A stretch of 64,000 nucleotides of DNA from Eledone cirrhosa (Eukaryota), in the NCBI GenBank assembly GCA_964016885.1, contig OZ024746.1, positions 46,810,001-46,874,000 of the forward strand, in the 5' to 3' direction. Positions 43,728-57,200 of the stretch are shown here, one piece after another. Positions within the stretch are counted from its first letter, which is position 1. Each line of letters opens with the position of its first letter. A program made the translations under genes and the position numbers. The notes beneath the pieces are model-generated. The model made no database searches. It was not told where the DNA came from and saw nothing but the letters and a program-made list of their open reading frames with translations.

Positions 43728-46606
43728 AAATTGGGATAAATGCTCTGAAATAGCGATATATATGTGAATATAGACATAGAATATTCGAAAATATTCTGTA
43801 TGTTTATAATAAACATTTTGAAGACCTAATCGCTATAGAATAGAATACGTCACGTATTACAATTAGATTCTCGATAAAAGCAAGGGAAGTAATCTACGCG
43901 TTTCATTCTCGTTAGAAATCATCAGGACTACATATCCAGTGCTTTTATCGAGAATGACACAGCTAGAGACTTATAGAATACTTAGCTGTGTACAGGAACT
44001 GGTTTGAAAGAGCGGTTGCCGGTCCGGCAGAAATTAGAAATTGGGATAAATGCTCTGAAATAGCGATATATATGTGAATATAGACATAGAATATTCGAAA
44101 ATATTCTGTATGTTTATAATAAACATTTTGAAGACCTAATCGCTATAGAATAGAATACGTCACGTATTACAATTAGATTCTCGATAAAAGCAAGGGAAGT
44201 AATCTACGCGTTTCATTCTCGTTAGAAATCATCAGGACTACATATCCAGTGCTTTTATCGAGAATGACACAGCTAGAGACTTATAGAATACTTAGCTGTG
44301 TACAGGAACTGGTTTGAAAGAGCGGTTGCCGGTCCGGCAGAAATTAGAAATTGGGATAAATGCTCTGAAATAGCGATATATATGTGAATATAGACATAGA
44401 ATATTCGAAAATATTCTGTATGTTTATAATAAACATTTTGAAGACCTAATCGCTATAGAATAGAATACGTCACGTATTACAATTAGATTCTCGATAAAAG
44501 CAAGGGAAGTAATCTACGCGTTTCATTCTCGTTAGAAATCATCAGGACTACATATCCAGTGCTTTTATCGAGAATGACACAGCTAGAGACTTATAGAATA
44601 CTTAGCTGTGTACAGGAACTGGTTTGAAAGAGCGGTTGCCGGTCCGGCAGAAATTAGAAATTGGGATAAATGCTCTGAAATAGCGATATATATGTGAATA
44701 TAGACATAGAATATTCGAAAATATTCTGTATGTTTATAATAAACATTTTGAAGACCTAATCGCTATAGAATAGAATACGTCACGTATTACAATTAGATTC
44801 TCGATAAAAGCAAGGGAAGTAATCTACGCGTTTCATTCTCGTTAGAAATCATCAGGACTACATATCCAGTGCTTTTATCGAGAATGACACAGCTAGAGAC
44901 TTATAGAATACTTAGCTGTGTACAGGAACTGGTTTGAAAGAGCGGTTGCCGGTCCGGCAGAAATTAGAAATTGGGATAAATGCTCTGAAATAGCGATATA
45001 TATGTGAATATAGACATAGAATATTCGAAAATATTCTGTATGTTTATAATAAACATTTTGAAGACCTAATCGCTATAGAATAGAATACGTCACGTATTAC
45101 AATTAGATTCTCGATAAAAGCAAGGGAAGTAATCTACGCGTTTCATTCTCGTTAGAAATCATCAGGACTACATATCCAGTGCTTTTATCGAGAATGACAC
45201 AGCTAGAGACTTATAGAATACTTAGCTGTGTACAGGAACTGGTTTGAAAGAGCGGTTGCCGGTCCGGCAGAAATTAGAAATTGGGATAAATGCTCTGAAA
45301 TAGCGATATATATGTGAATATAGACATAGAATATTCGAAAATATTCTGTATGTTTATAATAAACATTTTGAAGACCTAATCGCTATAGAATAGAATACGT
45401 CACGTATTACAATTAGATTCTCGATAAAAGCAAGGGAAGTAATCTACGCGTTTCATTCTCGTTAGAAATCATCAGGACTACATATCCAGTGCTTTTATCG
45501 AGAATGACACAGCTAGAGACTTATAGAATACTTAGCTGTGTACAGGAACTGGTTTGAAAGAGCGGTTGCCGGTCCGGCAGAAATTAGAAATTGGGATAAA
45601 TGCTCTGAAATAGCGATATATATGTGAATATAGACATAGAATATTCGAAAATATTCTGTATGTTTATAATAAACATTTTGAAGACCTAATCGCTATAGAA
45701 TAGAATACGTCACGTATTACAATTAGATTCTCGATAAAAGCAAGGGAAGTAATCTACGCGTTTCATTCTCGTTAGAAATCATCAGGACTACATATCCAGT
45801 GCTTTTATCGAGAATGACACAGCTAGAGACTTATAGAATACTTAGCTGTGTACAGGAACTGGTTTGAAAGAGCGGTTGCCGGTCCGGCAGAAATTAGAAA
45901 TTGGGATAAATGCTCTGAAATAGCGATATATATGTGAATATAGACATAGAATATTCGAAAATATTCTGTATGTTTATAATAAACATTTTGAAGACCTAAT
46001 CGCTATAGAATAGAATACGTCACGTATTACAATTAGATTCTCGATAAAAGCAAGGGAAGTAATCTACGCGTTTCATTCTCGTTAGAAATCATCAGGACTA
46101 CATATCCAGTGCTTTTATCGAGAATGACACAGCTAGAGACTTATAGAATACTTAGCTGTGTACAGGAACTGGTTTGAAAGAGCGGTTGCCGGTCCGGCAG
46201 AAATTAGAAATTGGGATAAATGCTCTGAAATAGCAATATATATGTGAATATAGACATAGAATATTCGAAAATATTCTGTATGTTTATAATAAACATTTTG
46301 AAGACCTAATCGCTATAGAATAGAATACGTCACGTATTACAATTAGATTCTCGATAAAAGCAAGGGAAGTAATCTACGCGTTTCATTCTCGTTAGAAATC
46401 ATCAGGACTACATATCCAGTGCTTTTATCGAGAATGACACAGCTAGAGACTTATAGAATACTTAGCTGTGTACAGGAACTGGTTTGAAAGAGCGGTTGCC
46501 GGTCCGGCAGAAATTAGAAATTGGGATAAATGCTCTGAAATAGCGATATATATGTGAATATAGACATAGAATATTCGAAAATATTCTGTATGTTTATAAT
46601 AAACAT
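43728..46606 (-). mobile_element. 310-bp hammerhead tandem array, left block (9.3 units, 9 ribozymes on the minus strand)
   Basis: ttgggataaa recurs at 43731+310k (k=0-9). The first ribozyme is at 43889-43931. Confidence 0.93.
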
Positions 46607-49600
46607 AAGTATTCTATAAGTCTCTAGCTGTGTCATTCTCGATAAAAGCACTGGATATGTAGTCCTGATGATTTCTAACGAGAATGAAACGCGTAGATTA
46701 CTTCCCTTGCTTTTATCGAGAATCTAATTGTAATACGTGACGTATTCTATTCTATAGCGATTAGGTCTTCAAAATGTTTATTATAAACATACAGAATATT
46801 TTCGAATATTCTATGTCTATATTCACATATATATCGCTATTTCAGAGCATTTATCCCAATTTCTAATTTCTGCCGGACCGGCAACCGCTCTTTCAAACCA
46901 GTTCCTGTACACAGCTAAGTATTCTATAAGTCTCTAGCTGTGTCATTCTCGATAAAAGCACTGGATATGTAGTCCTGATGATTGCTAACGAGAATGAAAC
47001 GCGTAGATTACTTCCCTTGCTTTTATCGAGAATCTAATTGTAATACGTGACGTATTCTATTCTATAGCGATTAGGTCTTCAAAATGTTTATTATAAACAT
47101 ACAGAATATTTTCGAATATTCTATGTCTATATTCACATATATATCGCTATTTCAGAGCATTTATCCCAATTTCTAATTTCTGCCGGACCGGCAACCGCTC
47201 TTTCAAACCAGTTCCTGTACACAGCTAAGTATTCTATAAGTCTCTAGCTGTGTCATTCTCGATAAAAGCACTGGATATGTAGTCCTGATGATTTCTAACG
47301 AGAATGAAACGCGTAGATTACTTCCCTTGCTTTTATCGAGAATCTAATTGTAATACGTGACGTATTCTATTCTATAGCGATTAGGTCTTCAAAATGTTTA
47401 TTATAAACATACAGAATATTTTCGAATATTCTATGTCTATATTCACATATATATCGCTATTTCAGAGCATTTATCCCAATTTCTAATTTCTGCCGGACCG
47501 GCAACCGCTCTTTCAAACCAGTTCCTGTACACAGCTAAGTATTCTATAAGTCTCTAGCTGTGTCATTCTCGATAAAAGCACTGGATATGTAGTCCTGATG
47601 ATTTCTAACGAGAATGAAACGCGTAGATTACTTCCCTTGCTTTTATCGAGAATCTAATTGTAATACGTGACGTATTCTATTCTATAGCGATTAGGTCTTC
47701 AAAATGTTTATTATAAACATACAGAATATTTTCGAATATTCTATGTCTATATTCACATATATATCGCTATTTCAGAGCATTTATCCCAATTTCTAATTTC
47801 TGCCGGACCGGCAACCGCTCTTTCAAACCAGTTCCTGTACACAGCTAAGTATTCTATAAGTCTCTAGCTGTGTCATTCTCGATAAAAGCACTGGATATGT
47901 AGTCCTGATGATTTCTAACGAGAATGAAACGCGTAGATTACTTCCCTTGCTTTTATCGAGAATCTAATTGTAATACGTGACGTATTCTATTCTATAGCGA
48001 TTAGGTCTTCAAAATGTTTATTATAAACATACAGAATATTTTCGAATATTCTATGTCTATATTCACATATATATCGCTATTTCAGAGCATTTATCCCAAT
48101 TTCTAATTTCTGCCGGACCGGCAACCGCTCTTTCAAACCAGTTCCTGTACACAGCTAAGTATTCTATAAGTCTCTAGCTGTGTCATTCTCGATAAAAGCA
48201 CTGGATATGTAGTCCTGATGATTTCTAACGAGAATGAAACGCGTAGATTACTTCCCTTGCTTTTATCGAGAATCTAATTGTAATACGTGACGTATTCTAT
48301 TCTATAGCGATTAGGTCTTCAAAATGTTTATTATAAACATACAGAATATTTTCGAATATTCTATGTCTATATTCACATATATATCGCTATTTCAGAGCAT
48401 TTATCCCAATTTCTAATTTCTGCCGGACCGGCAACCGCTCTTTCAAACCAGTTCCTGTACACAGCTAAGTATTCTATAAGTCTCTAGCTGTGTCATTCTC
48501 GATAAAAGCACTGGATATGTAGTCCTGATGATTGCTAACGAGAATGAAACGCGTAGATTACTTCCCTTGCTTTTATCGAGAATCTAATTGTAATACGTGA
48601 CGTATTCTATTCTATAGCGATTAGGTCTTCAAAATGTTTATTATAAACATACAGAATATTTTCGAATATTCTATGTCTATATTCACATATATATCGCTAT
48701 TTCAGAGCATTTATCCCAATTTCTAATTTCTGCCGGACCGGCAACCGCTCTTTCAAACCAGTTCCTGTACACAGCTAAGTATTCTATAAGTCTCTAGCTG
48801 TGTCATTCTCGATAAAAGCACTGGATATGTAGTCCTGATGATTTCTAACGAGAATGAAACGCGTAGATTACTTCCCTTGCTTTTATCGAGAATCTAATTG
48901 TAATACGTGACGTATTCTATTCTATAGCGATTAGGTCTTCAAAATGTTTATTATAAACATACAGAATATTTTCGAATATTCTATGTCTATATTCACATAT
49001 ATATCGCTATTTCAGAGCATTTATCCCAATTTCTAATTTCTGCCGGACCGGCAACCGCTCTTTCAAACCAGTTCCTGTACACAGCTAAGTATTCTATAAG
49101 TCTCTAGCTGTGTCATTCTCGATAAAAGCACTGGATATGTAGTCCTGATGATTTCTAACGAGAATGAAACGCGTAGATTACTTCCCTTGCTTTTATCGAG
49201 AATCTAATTGTAATACGTGACGTATTCTATTCTATAGCGATTAGGTCTTCAAAATGTTTATTATAAACATACAGAATATTTTCGAATATTCTATGTCTAT
49301 ATTCACATATATATCGCTATTTCAGAGCATTTATCCCAATTTCTAATTTCTGCCGGACCGGCAACCGCTCTTTCAAACCAGTTCCTGTACACAGCTAAGT
49401 ATTCTATAAGTCTCTAGCTGTGTCATTCTCGATAAAAGCACTGGATATGTAGTCCTGATGATTTCTAACGAGAATGAAACGCGTAGATTACTTCCCTTGC
49501 TTTTATCGAGAATCTAATTGTAATACGTGACGTATTCTATTCTATAGCGATTAGGTCTTCAAAATGTTTATTATAAACATACAGAATATTTTCGAATATT

Positions 49601-52600
49601 CTATGTCTATATTCACATATATATCGCTATTTCAGAGCATTTATCCCAATTTCTAATTTCTGCCGGACCGGCAACCGCTCTTTCAAACCAGTTCCTGTAC
49701 ACAGCTAAGTATTCTATAAGTCTCTAGCTGTGTCATTCTCGATAAAAGCACTGGATATGTAGTCCTGATGATTTCTAACGAGAATGAAACGCGTAGATTA
49801 CTTCCCTTGCTTTTATCGAGAATCTAATTGTAATACGTGACGTATTCTATTCTATAGCGATTAGGTCTTCAAAATGTTTATTATAAACATACAGAATATT
49901 TTCGAATATTCTATGTCTATATTCACATATATATCGCTATTTCAGAGCATTTATCCCAATTTCTAATTTCTGCCGGACCGGCAACCGCTCTTTCAAACCA
50001 GTTCCTGTACACAGCTAAGTATTCTATAAGTCTCTAGCTGTGTCATTCTCGATAAAAGCACTGGATATGTAGTCCTGATGATTTCTAACGAGAATGAAAC
50101 GCGTAGATTACTTCCCTTGCTTTTATCGAGAATCTAATTGTAATACGTGACGTATTCTATTCTATAGCGATTAGGTCTTCAAAATGTTTATTATAAACAT
50201 ACAGAATATTTTCGAATATTCTATGTCTATATTCACATATATATCGCTATTTCAGAGCATTTATCCCAATTTCTAATTTCTGCCGGACCGGCAACCGCTC
50301 TTTCAAACCAGTTCCTGTACACAGCTAAGTATTCTATAAGTCTCTAGCTGTGTCATTCTCGATAAAAGCACTGGATATGTAGTCCTGATGATTTCTAACG
50401 AGAATGAAACGCGTAGATTACTTCCCTTGCTTTTATCGAGAATCTAATTGTAATACGTGACGTATTCTATTCTATAGCGATTAGGTCTTCAAAATGTTTA
50501 TTATAAACATACAGAATATTTTCGAATATTCTATGTCTATATTCACATATATATCGCTATTTCAGAGCATTTATCCCAATTTCTAATTTCTGCCGGACCG
50601 GCAACCGCTCTTTCAAACCAGTTCCTGTACACAGCTAAGTATTCTATAAGTCTCTAGCTGTTTCATTCTCGATAAAAGCACTGGATATGTAGTCCTGATG
50701 ATTTCTAACGAGAATGAAACGCGTAGATTACTTCCCTTGCTTTTATCGAGAATCTAATTGTAATACGTGACGTATTCTATTCTATAGCGATTAGGTCTTC
50801 AAAATGTTTATTATAAACATACAGAATATTTTCGAATATTCTATGTCTATATTCACATATATATCGCTATTTCAGAGCATTTATCCCAATTTCTAATTTC
50901 TGCCGGACCGGCAACCGCTCTTTCAAACCAGTTCCTGTACACAGCTAAGTATTCTATAAGTCTCTAGCTGTGTCATTCTCGATAAAAGCACTGGATATGT
51001 AGTCCTGATGATTTCTAACGAGAATGAAACGCGTAGATTACTTCCCTTGCTTTTATCGAGAATCTAATTGTAATACGTGACGTATTCTATTCTATAGCGA
51101 TTAGGTCTTCAAAATGTTTATTATAAACATACAGAATATTTTCGAATATTCTATGTCTATATTCACATATATATCGCTATTTCAGAGCATTTATCCCAAT
51201 TTCTAATTTCTGCCGGACCGGCAACCGCTCTTTCAAACCAGTTCCTGTACACAGCTAAGTATTCTATAAGTCTCTAGCTGTGTCATTCTCGATAAAAGCA
51301 CTGGATATGTAGTCCTGATGATTTCTAACGAGAATGAAACGCGTAGATTACTTCCCTTGCTTTTATCGAGAATCTAATTGTAATACGTGACGTATTCTAT
51401 TCTATAGCGATTAGGTCTTCAAAATGTTTATTATAAACATACAGAATATTTTCGAATATTCTATGTCTATATTCACATATATATCGCTATTTCAGAGCAT
51501 TTATCCCAATTTCTAATTTCTGCCGGACCGGCAACCGCTCTTTCAAACCAGTTCCTGTACACAGCTAAGTATTCTATAAGTCTCTAGCTGTGTCATTCTC
51601 GATAAAAGCACTGGATATGTAGTCCTGATGATTTCTAACGAGAATGAAACGCGTAGATTACTTCCCTTGCTTTTATCGAGAATCTAATTGTAATACGTGA
51701 CGTATTCTATTCTATAGCGATTAGGTCTTCAAAATGTTTATTATAAACATACAGAATATTTTCGAATATTCTATGTCTATATTCACATATATATCGCTAT
51801 TTCAGAGCATTTATCCCAATTTCTAATTTCTGCCGGACCGGCAACCGCTCTTTCAAACCAGTTCCTGTACACAGCTAAGTATTCTATAAGTCTCTAGCTG
51901 TGTCATTCTCGATAAAAGCACTGGATATGTAGTCCTGATGATTTCTAACGAGAATGAAACGCGTAGATTACTTCCCTTGCTTTTATCGAGAATCTAATTG
52001 TAATACGTGACGTATTCTATTCTATAGCGATTAGGTCTTCAAAATGTTTATTATAAACATACAGAATATTTTCGAATATTCTATGTCTATATTCACATAT
52101 ATATCGCTATTTCAGAGCATTTATCCCAATTTCTAATTTCTGCCGGACCGGCAACCGCTCTTTCAAACCAGTTCCTGTACACAGCTAAGTATTCTATAAG
52201 TCTCTAGCTGTGTCATTCTCGATAAAAGCACTGGATATGTAGTCCTGATGATTGCTAACGAGAATGAAACGCGTAGATTACTTCCCTTGCTTTTATCGAG
52301 AATCTAATTGTAATACGTGACGTATTCTATTCTATAGCGATTAGGTCTTCAAAATGTTTATTATAAACATACAGAATATTTTCGAATATTCTATGTCTAT
52401 ATTCACATATATATCGCTATTTCAGAGCATTTATCCCAATTTCTAATTTCTGCCGGACCGGCAACCGCTCTTTCAAACCAGTTCCTGTACACAGCTAAGT
52501 ATTCTATAAGTCTCTAGCTGTGTCATTCTCGATAAAAGCACTGGATATGTAGTCCTGATGATTTCTAACGAGAATGAAACGCGTAGATTACTTCCCTTGC

Positions 52601-53645
52601 TTTTATCGAGAATCTAATTGTAATACGTGACGTATTCTATTCTATAGCGATTAGGTCTTCAAAATGTTTATTATAAACATACAGAATATTTTCGAATATT
52701 CTATGTCTATATTCACATATATATCGCTATTTCAGAGCATTTATCCCAATTTCTAATTTCTGCCGGACCGGCAACCGCTCTTTCAAACCAGTTCCTGTAC
52801 ACAGCTAAGTATTCTATAAGTCTCTAGCTGTGTCATTCTCGATAAAAGCACTGGATATGTAGTCCTGATGATTTCTAACGAGAATGAAACGCGTAGATTA
52901 CTTCCCTTGCTTTTATCGAGAATCTAATTGTAATACGTGACGTATTCTATTCTATAGCGATTAGGTCTTCAAAATGTTTATTATAAACATACAGAATATT
53001 TTCGAATATTCTATGTCTATATTCACATATATATCGCTATTTCAGAGCATTTATCCCAATTTCTAATTTCTGCCGGACCGGCAACCGCTCTTTCAAACCA
53101 GTTCCTGTACACAGCTAAGTATTCTATAAGTCTCTAGCTGTGTCATTCTCGATAAAAGCACTGGATATGTAGTCCTGATGATTTCTAACGAGAATGAAAC
53201 GCGTAGATTACTTCCCTTGCTTTTATCGAGAATCTAATTGTAATACGTGACGTATTCTATTCTATAGCGATTAGGTCTTCAAAATGTTTATTATAAACAT
53301 ACAGAATATTTTCGAATATTCTATGTCTATATTCACATATATATCGCTATTTCAGAGCATTTATCCCAATTTCTAATTTCTGCCGGACCGGCAACCGCTC
53401 TTTCAAACCAGTTCCTGTACACAGCTAAGTATTCTATAAGTCTCTAGCTGTGTCATTCTCGATAAAAGCACTGGATATGTAGTCCTGATGATTTCTAACG
53501 AGAATGAAACGCGTAGATTACTTCCCTTGCTTTTATCGAGAATCTAATTGTAATACGTGACGTATTCTATTCTATAGCGATTAGGTCTTCAAAATGTTTA
53601 TTATAAACATACAGAATATTTTCGAATATTCTATGTCTATATTCA
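46606..53645 (+). mobile_element. 310-bp hammerhead tandem array, right block (22.7 units, 23 ribozymes on the plus strand)
   Basis: attctataag recurs at 46611+310k (k=0-22). The unit is the reverse complement of the left-block unit. Confidence 0.93.
46659..46701 (+). ncRNA. Minimal type I hammerhead ribozyme (representative of 32 copies)
   Basis: GTAGTC-CTGATGA-TTTCT-AACG-AGAAT-GAAAC-GC-GTA-GATTAC, with predicted cleavage after 46695. Stem I is extended by ATTCTCGATAAAAGCA/TGCTTTTATCGAGAAT. Confidence 0.9.
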
Positions 53646-53649
53646 TATA

Positions 53650-53780
53650 TATATACGTTATTCCGAGTTGAATCGGAGGTAACCACAGTATGTAAGGTAC
53701 TCAATACATTGCAGAGTATAAAAGTTTTAATATAGATGAGATTCTACAGTACTAGAACTGTTTCATTCTTTAGAAATCAT
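53650..53780 (-). mobile_element. pLTR-like fragment with 5'-truncated hammerhead
   Basis: Minus strand ATGA-TTTCT-AA-AGAAT-GAAAC-AGT..ACT-GTA-GAATCTC plus tail. Same family as 31037-31190 and 43638-43695. Confidence 0.75.
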
Positions 53781-53972
53781 ATGCATATATATATATATAT
53801 ATATATGCATATATACACACACATATACACATATATATTCACATATATATATATATATATATGAATATATATGTGTATATGTGTGTGTATATATGCATAT
53901 TTATATATATATATATATGAATATATATGTATATGTGTGTGTATATATGCATATATATATATAATAATATAA

Positions 53973-54162
53973 GTGTTTCTACTTTTGGCACAAGGCCAGC
54001 AATAAATACAGTGCATTACTGGTACTTTATTTTATCGACCCCTTAAGGAAGAAAGGCAAAGTTAACCTCGGCAGAATTTGAACTCAGAACGTAAAGGTCC
54101 GTAACTCTACACTGCATAGCAAGGCGTCCGACTCTCCACCGATACTGCCAATCCACCGCCCT
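53973..54162 (-). mobile_element. tRNA-derived SINE
   Basis: Family core with A and B boxes on the minus strand. Confidence 0.85.
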
Positions 54163-54255
54163 AATAATATAATAATACAAGGACAACTTGTTAAGGCTTT
54201 ATTACTTTTATTGATTGGTGACGCGCGTTTCGCTATTGATCAGCTCAAGGTTCGA

Positions 54256-54287
<32 letters not shown>

Positions 54288-54288
<1 letters not shown>

Positions 54289-57200
54289 GTATGTCTGGGT
54301 TTGACATTAAACTACATCCAGTGGCAAGGCTCCAGTTCGGGAGTTCAGATGTGGGGAATGTGGAGTTACCCCTTAGTTGTCATGACTCCCAGGTCTGCCC
54401 TGGCCCGGGGTGGTAGTACCTGTTAGGGCTCCATTTATGGGTTAAATAACTACCTTATTCAAGTGGCGCCGGTAAGGTATTGTCAGCCATTGAAAAGAAA
54501 TATGGAGAGTCGATCTAACAGCACTAGGGTTAGAGCCCCTAATTACACTGTCAAGGAGCAGCCTGGTCGTTATGACTCTGCTGGCTTAGAGCCACAGAGA
54601 GGGCCAGTGGATGATGGATCAGCTGTCTCTGAGACAAATATAAAGAATGCAGTTTTGTCCTGCAGGAGAGCCATCAAAATGGGCACTTTGAATGTGAGGA
54701 CTATTCGAACGCTGGAGAAGAGAGAGGAGTTGGGACATCTGTTCGAGGAGAGTGGTATACAGATACTTGCGATCCAAGAACACAGGATTCTACACGATGA
54801 GCCCGTGAGGAGTGTGATGATCGGGAGGAAGAGCCAGCTCATCATTACATCGACAGTGAAGAACACAACAAATGCTGCAGTGGGAGGAGTGGGTTTTGTG
54901 TTCAGTGCAAAAACCAATCTGTTGGTGAGGGAAATAATGCCTATCTCCCCGCGAGTGTTGAGGGTGACCTTCAATGGAAACCCAAGACTGACAGTCATCT
55001 CAGCCTATAGTCCAACCGAGGGGGACAGTGATGTGAATGCCGAGGAGTTCCATGAGGAGGTGTGTAGAGCTGTCAACACCACTCAGGCACACAATATCCT
55101 GCTTGCTTGTTTTGGGGGACTTCAATGCACATCTGAGTAAGGAGGGCAGTGAAGATCCTGGTACTTCCATAACAACACCAACTGAAATGGAAGACTACTG
55201 AGAGACACCCTGCTGGAGGCGAACTTGATGGCGACCAACCTAAGGTTTAGGAAGAATCTGGGGAAGATGTGGACCTACATCTCAGATATGCACCTGTCCA
55301 AGTCCCAGATTGATTTCATTCTGGTGAGGAAAAAGTGGCGGAATAGTGTTCTGAACACGGAACCATACAGCTATTTCAGTACACTGGGTAGTGACCACCG
55401 GCTTGTTATGAGTGAGGTCCGCGTGAGCTTAAGAAAGAGCAAGGCTCAGCCCCGGAGAACAATCTATGACTGGGGAGCTTTCAAGGAAGATGATAAGCTA
55501 CAGGAGAGGTTCACAGTGGAAGTGAGAAACAGGTTTAGTGCTCTGTGTGGAGAGTCAGAGGAGAGAGAGATTGGATGGACTGAGGAGAGTGTGACGAGGA
55601 GGTACGGGCACTTCACCAATGCAGTGGCGAAAGCAAGTGAAACCCTTGGTGCCGAGGAAAAAGAGCAAAGGGAAGCACCTCAGCTCTGCAAACCCAAAAG
55701 TGTGTGCAGCCAGAGAACACCTGAAAGCTGCCAGGGACCAATTCTATGCTGATCCTACGGAGGAGAGGATGGAGACTGTGGAGGTGATGAGGGAAGAGCT
55801 CTGTACCGCTTACACTGAGGTCAGAGAGGAGGCACTGATAGAGAAGATCAGAAGTCTGGAGAGAGCGGTTGACAGATCTGGATGTAAGGAGAGCTGGATG
55901 ATCATCAACGAGATCACAGGGAGGAAGAAAAGGTGTTCGAGTCAGATCCAGGGAACGGGACCCGAGGATAGGAAGAGGAAATGGCTAGACCATTTTAGGA
56001 CCCTACTAGGAGAGCCACCCTCCACAGCCCAGAGCACTGGGGAGATCAGGCGGCTGTTTGAGGAACTGGATGTTGAGACAGAGCCCTTCACCAGAGAGGA
56101 GCTTCAGAGAGCCAAGAAGAAGATCAAGGAGGGCAAGGCTCATGGAGAAGATGGAGTGGCATCAGAGGTGATGAAGAGGTGTGATTTTGATGATATCATC
56201 CTGGGGTTATGTAACGGGGCACTGGAGAAAGGAGTTGCCCCGAATCAGTGGAGGATCAGTAACATCGTCCCAGTGCCAAAGAAGGGAGATCTCTCTAACA
56301 CCAACAACTACCGGGGGATCTCACTGACGTCACTTGTGGCAAAGACCCTCAACAGGATGATTCTTAACAGGATCCAGCCTGAGATGGAGAAGAAGCTCAG
56401 GGACAACCAGAACGGCTTCAGAGAGGGTAGATCAACCACCAGTCACATCCTGATGCTGAGGAGGATATTAGAGGGAGCTAGAGCAAAGTGCCTTCCTGCG
56501 GTCATGGTTTTCATTGACTTTAGGAAGGCCTTTGATTCTGTGGACCGTTACTGCCTGATGAAGATCTTACAGGCTTATGGAATCCCCAAGAGGATAGTGG
56601 ACCTGATATCACTGCTCTACACCAACACCAAAGCCCAAGTCATTACACCTGATGGGATGACAGAGTTCTTTGAGATACTGGCTGGAGTGCTCCAGGGAGA
56701 TACATTGGCTCCCTACCTTTTTGTCATCGTAGTGGACTATTGTATGCGCCTTGCACTGGAGAAACACCAGGACTCTGGCTTTACTGTAGCACCGGCTCAG
56801 AGCAGGAGAGTTGGGGCGAAAAAGGTATCGGATGCTGAATTTGCCGACGACATAGTTTTGGTGACAAATACAGTGAAGGAGGCAGAGGATTTGATGCGGG
56901 AGGTTGAGACTGTGTCGATGAGTGTGGGGCTGAGAATGAATGAGACTAAAACAAAATATCTGGTAGAGAATGTTGAGAAGCCAGAGGGGATCACTAATGT
57001 AGGCGGGAAGCCGCTGGAATTGGTTGAGGACTTCCTGTATTTGGGAGCAAATATTGGGAATACGGAAGATGATGTGGTTGAGAGGAAGAGCAAGGCCTGG
57101 GCGGCGTGTCACAGCTTGAGATCGGTGTGGAAGTCGGACCTTCGTAGAGACCTGAAAATCCGCCTCTTCATTGCTGTAGTGGAGTCTGTGCTGCTGTATG

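Noticed and set aside
43728-53645. CRISPR array or plain satellite
   Set aside because: There are no unique spacers or cas genes and the context is eukaryotic. The conserved ribozyme argues against a plain satellite.
54290-54460. HDV-like ribozyme in the RTE 5' UTR
   Set aside because: Known in some RTE elements, but I could not build the nested double pseudoknot by eye.
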